Under the pieces are notes generated by a model. That model was not told where the DNA came from. It did not search any database and worked only from the letters and a program-made list of their open reading frames with translations. Position numbers and translations under genes: made by a program. Below, piece after piece: positions 38,706-51,649 of a DNA stretch of 64,000 nucleotides. The DNA lies in assembly GCA_028534125.1 (NCBI GenBank), contig CM052816.1, positions 96,908,001-96,972,000 of the forward strand, given 5' to 3'. Origin of the DNA: Lama glama. Lineage: Eukaryota. Numbering within the stretch: position 1 is the stretch's first letter; the number at the start of each line of letters is the position of its first letter.

Positions 38706-40464
38706 ATGCCTCAACCAAGGGTATCAAGCATATTAGTGAAATGGCACATTTGGGCACAACCCAACCTCTCAGGACGCAGAAGCCTCAGGAAAAAAATCTA
38801 AGGTTGGCTTCTAGTTCACTCTGTAAACACAAAGACTGCTCACCGCAGCTAAGAATGCAGTATGGGATAGGGTAGGACACAGACCTTGTGCTGGGCACCT
38901 TACGATTTGTTGCTGGACACTTCATAATTTTACAGCCTTGATTGGTAACTCCTTCCATTTGCATTTCATCCTCCTCAGAACACAGGGTTTGGACTAGCAG
39001 ATCTCCAGCTCCCTGTGGCATTTAGATGAGACCATGATTGTTCATAAAGTGTAATCAGAATATTGTTGACTTTATTCATTCCTCACTCGCTTATTCCATG
39101 TATGTCTTTAAAGCCTGATACGTTCCAGACAGTTGTGGTAACAGAGATGAAATGCTATCACCCTGGCCCTCAAGCAGCTCCCACCATCATGAAGAAACAG
39201 CTGCCCTGTTATCTTTGTTTATGTTAATTGATGTATAAAGGTAATTATGGTTTAATGTTTATCAGAAAAAAGAATGACCTCTGACGACACCTCAAGTTTG
39301 CCATCATTCAGTTCCACAATTGTAAAAGAGCCACACCTGTGAAGCACTTGGATGGTGGGAGAAGAATGGGGATCAGTGAAATAATATATGGTTCATCAGA
39401 CAAGCTGGCTAGATTAAGTCCTACCACTTTTTCTGTCAGACTTTTGACAGGCTATTAAACCCTGAGGCGATTGTAAGACCCAACTCAGAAATCAAGATGT
39501 CGGAACCATGCTCCCAAACCTGAGACTTTAATAAAAGCAGGATGAACAATCCGCATGACACGCAACGATCCCCCAGCCAGCGTCACGGGCAGCATTGCTT
39601 TTGATTATCTCACTATTGTGTGAGGAACACAAACAGGAATGAGTGAAAGTCTGGGAGTTCAGTCTTCTCAAATTTTCCCAGCTGGTCAATGGTGTTTATG
39701 AATTTCTTTCAGTCGGAAATTCTGTCCTGTTTGTTGAAGCAAAGGATGCCGACCCCAACATGGCCTTCATTCAGTCAATGATTTTACACAGGACACACTG
39801 CGTTAGGTGCCTTGTGTTGCCTTTGCTTGACTTGTAGATTTTAAGCTGTTCCATGCTGAGATTTTTGTTTTATTTCCTGCTAGTTCTGCCGTGTGAGGCA
39901 TCAGCTCTCTGCACAGTGAGCTGAAGGTGACTGTCGTTCAGTTCCATGGGCAAAGGTCTAGAGAGAGACCCCACTTCACCCCAAGCTGTTATCAGCTCAT
40001 CAGGGTGAGGGCACAAATGTCAAAGGCAATCATAAGTGCCCTATAAGGTCAGAGTTGAGAACCGTTGACTCCAATAAACTGGGAGGAGTGGGGGGCAGTT
40101 GCTGGGCGTGGCTCTCTAACCCCATTAGCATGTGAAGGGAAAGGCGAAGTCCTGGGAAAGGCTGGGGACGTGCCCTTGACCACCCAGAGAGTGGGGGCAG
40201 CACGGGGTCCTGAAGGTGCGGCTTTAATTCCCAGCCCAGAACCCATTGACCCCACCCACTGCCCTGGGGACCCTGTGTCTGGCTTTTCCATTTGTCAGTT
40301 GAAATGACAATGTTTATCCAAGAATGGTGCTTGTGGGATTTTTCAAAGATCCTTGAGGAAAAGCGTATTTCTTGCAAGGGCAAGATCACTTGAAACTTAA
40401 AGCTGAGGCCTGGCATAGATTAAATCACACAAGCCACTTAATTCCCAAGTGCCCCAGCAAATGC

Positions 40465-40620
40465 ACATCTCAGCGCGGGACGTGGGCGCCGTGCAGACGG
40501 AGCGGTGCCGCCCTCTCCAGCCCTGCTGCTCCTGAGCCAGTGAGCGCAGCGGCCCCCTGTGCGCGCTCGTCCCGCCCGGCGCCAGCACCTGGGCCTCGGC
40601 GGCAGCTCTCCCTTCAGCTG
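40465..40620. promoter_or_regulatory. Small CpG-dense patch
   Basis: ~150 bp very GC/CpG-rich segment including cccgccc. Confidence 0.4.
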
Positions 40621-41364
40621 TGGCTTTGCCCTGTTGGTGGAAAGAAAGTCAGCTAGCAGCCCCTGTGCACGTCCAGCCTCCTTCTCACGTCTTTTTCCAG
40701 CCTGTCCTTTTGTCCCTTCCTACTTCCAAAACCTATGATGCTGATCACTTCCAGTCTATAATTTTTAAAAAGAAATGACTTGAAAAAAGCCTTTTCACTC
40801 ATTTTAGATTCTGCTTCCATACGCCTGGTAAAGCAGCTTAAGTAACAGGCCCAGCAGAAACTAGAAGAATTTGTGAATGTGCTGTTTCTGTTTTGCCCTG
40901 AAGGAACCCCCATGTTCAGGCACTGGGAGCTTGTCTGAAAGTCCCGGCCAGGTCGTGTGACGGCTCTGTTCTCCGCTGCAGACAGCACGCCCCTCCCCTG
41001 ATGGGGAAGGCCTTCCTCTCGCAGGCGCTGAAGGGCTGCTGTGGCACAGCCACCTCTTCTGTGAGTCTCTCTGGGAAAGCGAGTGCTGTCAGCTCATCTA
41101 CCCCCGGAAGAAGAGATTCTTTCAGTCCAGGACTTCCCCGGAAGAAGGAAACACGTCATCGAGGGAGAAGGTAAAGACGCAATCACAAGGAGAGGAGGAG
41201 GACTGCTGGGATTCCCAAGGGTGGGAACCTGGGCCGAGAGTCAAGGCCCAGCGCTTCGGCTTCAGGCTTGCATCCTGACAAGTGGTCCCGGTTCTGTGGT
41301 AACGATGCCGTGTGATAACGATGCCGCGTTAACGGAAGCTGGCGACTAACAGAAATCCTTGTGC

Positions 41365-41956
41365 TGTCTCAGAGTATATTAAAAACCCCCACGGCTGGCA
41401 GCCTGCCTTCACTGAGCAAGCTTGTCTTAATTATCCTGTTCCAAAGTGCATCGCCTCCAAGTTTCACGTAGCTTAAACAATAAGATGTTTGCCTGAATTG
41501 TTGCCTAGAAACTTGGAGTCAGCTATATCTAGTTCAAGTTCTTATTGGCCAAGACTAGTTGGGGCCACTGACCCTAAAACTGGGCCTGTGCAAGTGTCTG
41601 ATAAGTGACCTTTTGATGTCAGAGGTCCACAAACCTCCCCCTCAGATCACACTAACCACCTCTATTTTTGAGCACGCATCCCACAAAGAAGCAGGCAACT
41701 CAAGTGCACCTGCACAGAACACTGGTGGCCTCTCCTCTCCCTCACCACCAGTCACCTTTGCCCACGCCCAGGACCACCCCGCTTCCTTGTCCCCTAATGT
41801 CACCAGACCATCTCCTTCAGGGAGGTGGAGCTAAGCCTTGTTCTCCCATCTCCCCACTTGGCTGCCTTGAGAGTAATCCCTTTCTTTGCTGAAAACCTCA
41901 GCATCTCAGCATTTTGACTTTCTGCGTGTTGGGCAAACAAGCCAGGTTCAACATCA
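41365..41956 (+). mobile_element. ERV1 solo LTR
   Basis: TGTCTC...CATCA; flanks gtgc/gttc; U5-like cctttctttgctgaaaacctcagcatctcagc...gggcaaac. Confidence 0.75.
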
Positions 41957-44559
41957 GTTCTAAAGTATTGGAATCTCCATATGAAATTATTTACCAATTT
42001 TTTGAGAAAACTTGGCTTAACCCCTGAGCACTGAGGACATAAGCTCACATAATAGAAAGCTTGTTTGCACAGACTTTTCAGACCTAGACTCCGCGCTGTC
42101 AGCGGTAGCACCTCAACATGGGTGAGTTCCCGTGACAGTGATGATGAGCCGCGTACTGCCCCAGGCAAGCAAGGGCGGGGACAGTTTATCCTTTGCACCT
42201 GGCCTTTGTCTTCCGTCCATCCTGCAGCTCCATACGGCGGCCACTGCTGCCGCTTTGTTGGGAAATTACCTCCTTGGAGAAGGGGCGGTCAGAGCTAAAT
42301 CATGGGATCTTAAGCTGAGACCTCACTCAATTACATGGTAATATCTGATTTTTTCAATCTTATGAAAAAATGCAAATAATATCTGTCCTTCACTTATCAA
42401 TACCAACATATATGTGTCATAAAACATTGAAATGATTGAGCAAATTGAAAGATTTCCCATGATTTATTTCTTTACAGATTTTCATTTTTGTGATCTTCCA
42501 GTTTTAAGATTAAACCCAGAACCACAGGGAAAATTCCTGGTAACACTGAGAAAGGCATTTTACTGTCATTTCTAACATTTTAAGAAGCCAAGATATCTTC
42601 ATTTCCCAGAAGAAGTGCACCAGCCACAGGGAGTCTTGCCCCGAGCTTTTCTTACTGGCTTAAAATAGAGACCCAGAAGGAATTTTGAAATCTCTTGATT
42701 TAAAAATGGGAGGGAAGAGCGCAGTTCCACATGTTAATGACATCCCCGAAAATTACCTGGGTCACCTGTTCAGGGCTTGTCTTAATCTCGTCTACACCAA
42801 CACCCATAGGCATGCACCGGTCTTCCTCCAGCCTCAGAAAGGCAACCTGAGATTCTCATCTGTCCAGCAGGCACTAGAAATAATTGGGTAGGAAAGATGG
42901 AATTAAAAAACCGAGATTCCATATTGGGAGCTAGAGTGTTTTTAATTACTAGCTGAAGTCTGTTCAGATGATCAAATGTCTCTGTTGCTTTATGTTTACC
43001 AGGCTTTGTGTCCAGTGAGAAATGAATCTCCTTCAGGAAAGCTGAGAATCAGCGTCTCGGCTTAAACTGGTTTTGATTCATTATTCATTGAAAAGAAATC
43101 AGGTAGGTCTTTGATAAATGTTAAGACCAATCAATAAATGCTATCTGTAGGGAAAAATAAGTAAAACCACCAAAATGATGCATTCTGGACTCATAGAATA
43201 TAGATGAAGTAAAGTGTTTGTAGTGAAGCATTTGACAAGGTCACGGAGATTCTGTTTCTGGAATCTATGAAGACTTTTACCACAGAGGAAGGAAAAGAAA
43301 AGAAAGAAAAATCAAGTTCAGGTACATCAACTTGAACGTTAAGCAAGGAGACCTAAAGATGGAAAGTGAGCAATCAAATTACTCATCAATAAATAATAAA
43401 CTAGACCCCTGTTCAACACAGATGCATCGGGTTAAGTAGAAATAAAAATCAGAGTATTTCTTATGTTGCCCTAAATGTACTGCAGCCATTTTAGTTTCTT
43501 TTCATATTCACTGCCTCCATGGTGTTTCGGACAACATGACATTGGGTTTCTATCATATAATGGATCATATGAGGGTTTTTTAAAGTGGATGCCTTGTCTC
43601 TCACCTCCAGACACCACCTCCATTTTAATTAATAAGGGAAAACTAAAATGATTATAATCTGCATTTTATTAATCCTTATAGTGAGCCACTTTATTTTTTT
43701 AAGGACACAAACTATGTATACTAATATTTGGCTAGAATCAAATATTTATCACACACTATGGACCATTCTTGAAAACCGGGCTGATTTCTAAGAAACACTC
43801 TGGTATGGTCCCAACAAGAGCGATGTGTCAGTAACGGGGCTAGTTGCCCATCCTTGATGCTTCAGAAGTCTTCATTCCAAATCAATGAGTGAAGAATGAG
43901 AAAACACCCCAAACACCTGCCTAGGAAGGTGTCAGACCACAGAGAAATAAAAAAATAAAACTAAAGACACCGAGAAGCCTGAGCAATTCTAGTTGGTCAG
44001 ATTATCTGTCACAGCTGACACTAGAGAGGACAATGTTATGTTCCTAGTTTCTATACAAAGCAGTGAGATTCGGGTCACAACATTCTCAATATTGGTTACA
44101 TTGCTTTTATCTTTTCTTTTTTTTTCCTTTGCAAGTTCTTTTTTACGCACCTGTAATTTTTGTTCAGAATAAAATGCTGATTTATACTTATTTGCTACAG
44201 AAAATTTCTTATGTAAGATAAATTCAGAGCAAAACTGAATTCTATTTCTTCTAATGGGTTGTTTACTGAAGGCAAAATGTTCTGCAAAAATAAAATTACA
44301 GCACTAAGGGTCACATGAAAAGGGACCCTGAAAAGAAAATGATAGGAAACATTACATATGAGGAAACTTGCCCTGAGCCAATACTGTACTGATGTCTTGA
44401 TTTCATAGCATTTCCAGTATCGTTTGTAAAAATGTTCTACAAATTGCCTTTACATTTTTGAAAGGCAGTCAACAGATTCAGGCAAAGTTGAGAATACATG
44501 CTTGGCTTTGGCACCAGAACTGGCCTGGTGGCCGAGGAGTCTCTGCCAGGCTGTGAGCC

Positions 44560-44740
44560 CTCCTCTGACGTCACCCAAGTGTGTGACGTCAGTGGGCTGC
44601 AGCCACAAGTGATGTTACCCAGGGCAGGGTGAGGGCGAGTCTGTAGCCCCAGCCTCACTTGCAGGAATGAGGACACACAAACCAGTATGTGGCGGAAGCG
44701 GATTGTTCAGTCTCACCGTGACAGGCAGTGGCTGACGGGG
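44560..44740. promoter_or_regulatory. Double CRE (TGACGTCA x2) plus ETS element
   Basis: TGACGTCA at 44566-44573 and 44584-44591; GCGGAAG at ~44692; TGACG at ~44733. Confidence 0.55.
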
Positions 44741-45529
44741 AGACCAAGGTGCGGGGTCTTAAAGGGTACAACCCACCCATTCCCCCACCTGGGCTCTGCC
44801 TCAGGGGGGTAGTCAGCGGGCAGATGGCTCATCGGAGCATCACCCCCACACCTGAGAGAGGCTCCTGGAGAGGAAAGGAGGCTCTGCAAACCCGCCTCTC
44901 CCTCTTCCCGCCCAGGCCAAGGGCAGGGCTGCACAGCAGACTCGCTGGGGCAGGCAGGTGTCCCACAGAGGACAGGACAGGGTGGCATCGAGACGCCCAG
45001 CTCACTGGTCCCGGGAAAGCTACTCAGACACGGCTCTTCCCTGGGCCCAGGGAGAAGAGAGGAGAGAAGCCAGGAATCACTAACGGAGCGCACTTCCAAG
45101 GACCAAAGCATCAGCACTGGGAGTTGCCCCAACACGTGGGCTTTGGGGTGGGACGCCCCTGACCTTGCTGGACCCCGGACTTCACAGCACCTAAAGTGGG
45201 TGAGTTCCTAAGTCTCGTAAGATTTCTTTCCCTCCTATGAAAATGCAGGCACAGTCAGTTATGATTAAGGAGTGGGAGAGCAACTACGTAAAACACTTAG
45301 CGACACTTAAATAAATGTAAGTGCATATAAAAATCGTCACCGTGGGCCAAATGTGTATTTCATCCACCATCGTGGGGTTTTTTTACATATATTCATCCAT
45401 TAACATCTGACTGGCTGCAGGTGCACCACAGACCCCCTCCTGCTGCCTGTACTTATTCTGATAAAAATCAAAACGCTCTGGATAATGGAGTATCTTCAAT
45501 CAAATGCATGCAGTTTGTGGCCAGATTGT

Positions 45530-46210
45530 CCCAGAAGTCCCCCTGTCAATTCTCCCTTCTTAGTATGGCTCAGGTGTGTTTACCTTCCTCCACTTCCCCA
45601 GATACAGCCTTGGGGAAGGCACCTCTCACCTGTCCTCCTCAATAGCTTCCCAGTCACTGGTCTACCTCCTTCAGTCTCAACACCAGCTAATCCAAAGAGA
45701 GTCATCTAAAAATGCAGATCAATTTAAGGACCTCTGTTTGGCTTAAGACCAGATCCAGTCTCTGCATCCCTCTGCACCTTTGTCAGAGAGGGTCATTTCC
45801 TAGATTTCTGGGCTCAGAGCATCCTTGTCTTCAGACTGGGTCAGTGTCTCAAGAGCATCCTGCCTCTGGGCCTTTGCCCTTCCTCCTCTCCTGTGCTGGA
45901 GACTGTTACTGGCAGGGGTTTGTCTCACCTAAACCCGTATCTTTATAACTGAGATTAGACATAACCTTCGCAGAAAGGCTTTCCTTGACCTCCCTAGGCT
46001 GGGATGAGCACTTGCATTCAAGCCATAACCTCATGCTTCACGCTATGCTTAAGAGTTTTCAGCTGCCCCTCTGACCAGGCTGGGTGCTTCTCAAGAACAC
46101 AGAGCAAATCATTGCATGAGCGTCCCCACTGCCAGGCACAAGAGTAATCATGTGGCGTGTGTTCTCCAATCCCTCGGTGATGAATAAATGGATGAATAAA
46201 TGAATGAACG
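45530..46210 (+). mobile_element. L2 3' region
   Basis: ctcaatagcttcccagtcactggtct...tgcctctgggcctttg...ggctttccttgacc...gaataaatggatgaataaatgaatgaa. Confidence 0.75.
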
Positions 46211-47089
46211 AGATGCAAATATATGACTTTACTCCAGTGACCTGCCTCCCTCTGCTCCCATTCAACATCCCTGTTGTCCCAATCGCTGCCTGCTCATCCC
46301 ACAGGTCACCCGTCAGTCCTTTGCGCTCCACGACCCCCAGTGTAGTCAGTGCCACACTCACTTCTTCTGGAATAACCAGGTTAACACTCAAAGCCAAGGC
46401 CGCTGTCGTGACGAGACGGTGCAATCAGTAGGTTCTCGGCGTAAAGAGTAGAACTTGTAGAATCCACCTGGGGAGTGCCTCGGAGAATCTTCCCCTTTAG
46501 AACGTCTTCCAGTCCGATTTCTCCTTTTTGAGATCCGTGTTTGCATTCCTTCCTTTTCACATCATACTCACTGCTCTCTTTTTGCAGTAATAAGTATCTA
46601 CTAATCTTTCAGCTGGGATATCTTCAGTTCTCAGCTGTTTTTGGCCACTAAGAATACATCCAGTGCCAGGAAAGGGCCTTCCTTTTTGGAATGTCACCAG
46701 CACCGGGGCCAAATCCAGAGGAAAGGAGGAAAGAAACTTAAGTTGTTCAAGGAGAAGCTCTCTGAACCATGAGGCATCTTCCTCCGGTGTTCCTCTCCAC
46801 TGCATGTCTCCACTGACCTACGGAGACACAGTAAAGCGATGGCACAATCCCAGAGGACGGGTGCTAGGCAAAGGGAGGAGGAGACAGATGCTTCCCTCCC
46901 GGGCACTTTGGCCTCCCTGCCCCATACAGAACCTAATTTGTACATCTTACACTTGGTCCAGACCGGCCCATCAGGTCCAGCATTCCCACGTGGGGCTTCC
47001 GGCACATATTGAAAACAGTAACCTAAAGGGGCCTTAATGGGCTCTTATCTGTCAGGTCCCAGCAGAGCTGTCCAGCTAGTGGAAATTGT

Positions 47090-48000
47090 AAAGATCCTAG
47101 ACTTCAGCCACCCATCAGCATCTTTCCATCACTGAGCATTAGAGCATCTCCCCTCATGATGAGGGCTCTTCCCTCTCCTAGCGGCCTGGACCCCATCTCA
47201 CCTTACTTTGAACCACCAGGCATACTTCTATTGCTTGTGCCATCAGCTTCTCCTTTTCCCTTTCCATTGCCTCCTTCCATGAATATGAAAACGTATTCAA
47301 TCTCTCACCAGTCCTAAAGTAAGTATTTCCTAAACCTTACCCTCCTCAGACAATTGACCTATTTCTCCCTGTCCTTTCTGTCAAATTTCTACAGGCATCT
47401 CTAAGCATGGCTTATAATTCCTCCACTTCCATTCACTGAGCAAACTGCAAACTCTGTAATTCCCACCTGTCTCCTGAAATCTTCAGATTAAGGTTATCAG
47501 TGGCCTACTAATTACCATCCCGTTTGGATTTGCTTTCATTCAGGAGACATTTACTAACCTAATTGTTAGACAGACAGTGGAGGTAGAGGCATCTTTGTCG
47601 TTTGACAATGACCTCTTATGATCCTCTTCCAAATCTTTGGCTCAGCTGACATCACCTTCTCCTGTTTCACCCCTCAGTCTCTCACACTTGCTCTTTCTCT
47701 TCTGTGCTTTTATGTAGATTGAGGTTATTGATGGATCAGCATCCCTGCAGTTCCCAGGCAAAATCATTCATTCTCATGTCTCCAGGTATCAATGATCAAT
47801 AATTAAAATCCCTTTGAAAACCTGGCCTCCTTCCTGAGGCTTTGGTCTAGGACAGCTTTATCAGAATGTCCTAAAAGAAAGTCAATCTTAAAACTTTCAG
47901 TTAAAAGTAATTCTAAATCCTGTTCTCATTATCTGGACTTTAACCTTCGTTCCTTCTCCTGTATTCCTTATATTACAAATAATAGTTTCATTAAATATTT
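47090..48000 (+). mobile_element. L2 body fragment
   Basis: Pyrimidine-rich L2 text: ttaaggttatcagtggcctactaattacc, caccttctcctgttt. Confidence 0.6.
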
Positions 48001-48479
48001 AGTTCTCAGCTTTTCTACAGACAGGGTCCTGTACTGCGGAAGTCCTTGTTAATCTGATAACCTTATTGCTGTGTGAAGGTGGGCATGGAGCTCAGTTTTG
48101 CAGCCAAAGCTGGGATGAGCTGAATGCTTCACAGAATCAGATGAGGATTTGGGATGCGTGGGTACCTGTGCAGGAGAAAGAGAGAGTGAGGAGGGGACAC
48201 AGGAAGAGGGAAGAAGAGAGAAGGCCAGGCCAGAGGGAGACGCTGAGGTACAGACTGAGATGGAGGAGTTAGTGAGACACTGCCAACATCAGGGCAGCTG
48301 AGAGCAGAAGGATGCTGTTGTTAGTTCCACCTCATCCCGTGTGCAAGGTGCACCTTCCCAGTGACCGCCGGTGCTCAGGGAAAGAGTTTTCTACTCTAAC
48401 TTAGCAGTTGCCTTAGATGGAAGAAATAAAGAAGAGGCTGCTTCTCAGGTCTGGTTTGACACCAGGCAAACACTGAGGG

Positions 48480-49200
48480 TACCACACTGAAGACAGAGGA
48501 GACAGGGAAATGTAGATCCTGCTGAAATGTGAAGTAGCCGAGAGGATGCTTCAGATCTCCAGCACCAGCAGAATGAAGGCTTAAGTCAATCTTCTCCACG
48601 TCTTAGGGCATGAGAAGATCTCTGCTAATCTTCCCCCACTCAGGAAATACCTTTGTCATAATCCAATCACTGAGTCAAGATAGAGTCACAGATACCCACC
48701 CTTACTTTCTCCTGCCCCCTCACCTTGGACTGCTCCTGGACCTGTAGGGTCTTTATCCCATTCTTCACTTTCCCCTCCCTGTTCTCCAGCACCATGTCCA
48801 TCCCTGCAAGCTGCATTTCGCATTCTCCCATGACAGCTTGGTTCTGGCAGAACCCTGCCAATGGGAGCTCCAGCAGGAAGGGGGAGGGTTGAGGGAAGGG
48901 AGAAACCAGGGCATTTCAGCCTCTATCATTGCTTGAGTCTTTGGCAATGGCTGAGTCTCCTCTGTGGATCCAGACAGAGTCCCGTGCTTGCCCTGCCATT
49001 GGGCGACCCCACCCCTGGGCTCTGGGCACTGCCTCCTATCTTTGACCCTCCAGCCTGGGTGGGGAGTAGCTACCTGCTGTGGCCCATCTCTGAGTTGTCT
49101 CTGTGGGCTCCTATTGAAATTCTCGACTCTTCCAACACTTTTGTAAACATCTCCCTGTATTAAACTCTCTTTGAAATTCTTAGAGTTTCTATTTCCTTTG
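48480..49200 (+). mobile_element. Ancient ERVL LTR (LTR33-like)
   Basis: ctggcagaaccctgccaatggga...ggagggaaggg...caacacttttgtaaacatctccctgtattaaactc; left boundary approximate. Confidence 0.55.
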
Positions 49201-49231
49201 GGTTCTTAGAGTTTCTATTTCCTTTGGGTTC
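49177..49231. repeat. Perfect 26-bp tandem duplication
   Basis: ttcttagagtttctatttcctttggg x2. Confidence 0.95.
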
Positions 49232-50988
49232 CAATGAGAAATACATACTAGCATCTTCTCTCCTCTTCCATATGCCTGTATCATCTTTTCCTTCTATTCT
49301 CCTTCTCCTCTTCTCTCCCTCTTCCCTGAATATTGCCCAGATATTATATCTAAAGCAGAAACATTCCCAGAATTTAATGTTATTAATAAACACACTTGAA
49401 GATCAGGGTACAAAAATACCCTAAAGATAGCAGAAATAGAAAAGGCTATGGAATGTGGAAAGTATTATCAGCACCTTGGACATCATGAGAAAGTTGATAA
49501 AACCATCAGTTCACCCATTCATTCCTCCACTCACCCATTCACTTAATTAACTAACGTTTTTTAGAACCTACCCTGGGTCAGTAACTCTCCTTTATTCCTT
49601 CAGAGAAAAGTTGAGCGTATACTAAGGATGGAAAAATCATCGTACTGAAATGACTTGGTTTATGCCTCTAAGAAGCAAACAGTCAAATGCAGAGCCAAAA
49701 GGTAAACAAATAATTACTGCACGTCGTATGCAGGTTCCCTGCTCCAGAGTGATGGGGTGGGGAACCTACTGACCAGGGAGGGGCAAGCGGCTGATGAAAC
49801 CAGCCTCATGGCCTCACAAACTCCCTTCACTAAGAAATAGTGATTTCAAAAAATATTTATCTTCTTGTGTGTATTTTGACTGCAATTCATTTTTATGCGT
49901 CTTCTGTTTGGCTTTCCAAAACCAGTTTGATTACCGAGCAGCCAATCACCCAGCCCTGTGTTCCCACATCTGTCGAGGGTTGTGAGTCCATGTGTTTGTA
50001 TGAATTTGCAATTATCATACAGGAAAGAAATGTGCGCAGTGCTAGAAGTATCAGAATATCCCTTCAGCAAGACCTATTTTAAAACATTGCACCGTGCATC
50101 CCCCCCAAGCAATTCTCTGAGTACATCCCAGAGCAGAAATAAATTTAAACAGGATATTTCTTAGAATTATCTGTATACTACCCAAACACCCTACTTCATT
50201 TAATTTACAACTGATTTCAATGTAAGCCATAATGCACATCTTTTTTCAAATGCTACAGCATGAAGCAAACCTTAAAGAGTCACAGACAGTAAGCAATGTC
50301 GTGTGGGTCACCGCAACACGCGGGTGACTCCAGAGAGCCAGGCAAATCCTCGTAATCTCCATCTGCAGCTCTGAACATGGAGACCAATATTAGTTTTTTA
50401 AAAAATGCAAGATGTAACATTTTAAATACCAATTTCCATTTCTCTGCTTTCTCTTTTCACACATTTAATCTGTTGGATAAAGCATTTCACAGGAAACAAC
50501 TTAATTATAGGAATAAAAATATCGAGGTGGAAGACGCACTCAGGTTTATAAAATCAGACTAATGGTTAGGCTTTTAATAAGCTGCTTCCAAGAGAGCTTG
50601 TGAAACTGCCTGTCATAGCATCTTAACTCCAAACTCTGTGCTCCTAATAGGCTCAGAATGAAGTACAAAATGAGAACCCTCGTGAGGTCTGTGCCAGTGA
50701 GACCAAAACTAAAGCACTGAAATTAGTGTTCCCTGGGAGCAACTCTGCCCCACAGCCGAGAGCCACTGATGAGGACGACACAAGAGGAGGAGGGCGGTGG
50801 GGAGCCCAGGAGTGGGACCCCTCCCAGAGGATGTTTACAACAGGGCACCATCCACCACGGAAGACACTGGAGGAACACCTGCCCCTGCATCACAGAGTCA
50901 CAGGGTGATTTCTCTTGGCTTCCTCCAGACTACAAAACACACCTCCCTTTGATGGAGTCAGAGTTCATTTGAATAAATGCACATTTTT

Positions 50989-51181
50989 TTTCTGCCTCTC
51001 CTTGTGGGCTGGGCTTCCTCACAACAGGGCAGCTCGGTTCTAAGGACTCCAAGACTGAGCGCCAGGTGAAGCTGTATCCACCTGTTTGACCTAATCTTAG
51101 AAGTCTGGAACGTCCTACCATCACATCCTGTTCCTTCAGGGCAAATCACTAATGCCACATTGATTCTGGAAAGGGAATTAG
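50989..51181. mobile_element. MLT1J/K-like fragment flanked by 19-bp direct repeats
   Basis: tgggctgggcttcctcacaacagggcagct...gaagctgtatc...tgacctaatcttagaagtc; tgaataaatgcacattttt at 50970-50988 and 51182-51200. Confidence 0.7.
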
Positions 51182-51392
51182 TGAATAAATGCACATTTTT
51201 AAAAATATTTCTAAGTTATGTTTTGGTGTGGGCATTAGAATAGATTATTTCTAGGCCCCAGAGGTCTCAAAGTGTTACAATTTGTGTAACTATAATTTTG
51301 GAAGGAGTTAATAAAGCTGTCAGATATTTGGGAGAAAACATACAAAAACTGATATTTATGTTAAAAACTGATATTTCTTGTAAACTTATAAC

Positions 51393-51612
51393 AAGAGGTC
51401 GCCCAATTTGTTTTGTAAGGACCAGTGGGTAAAATAATTTAGGATTTGCAGGCTATGTGGTTCCCATTGCAGCTTTTCAGCTCTTCTGGTGTGTGAAAGC
51501 AGCCAGAGACACTCCATAAACAAGTGAACGTGGGTGAGTTCCAATAAATCTTTATTTACAAAAAAAGACGGGGGGCCGGACTTGGCCTTTGGGCTACAGT
51601 TTGCCTTCCCTG
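51393..51612. mobile_element. hAT-Charlie MITE (MER58A-like)
   Basis: gtgtgaaagcagccagagaca...gttccaataaatctttatttacaaaaa...gggctacagtttgcc. Confidence 0.85.
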
Positions 51613-51649
51613 TTCTACAACTGCTAGTTGGCTATATTCTAAACTGTGT

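Noticed and set aside
44713..45162. Overlapping 140/144-aa ORFs
   Set aside because: GC-rich sequence, non-ATG starts, no family resemblance
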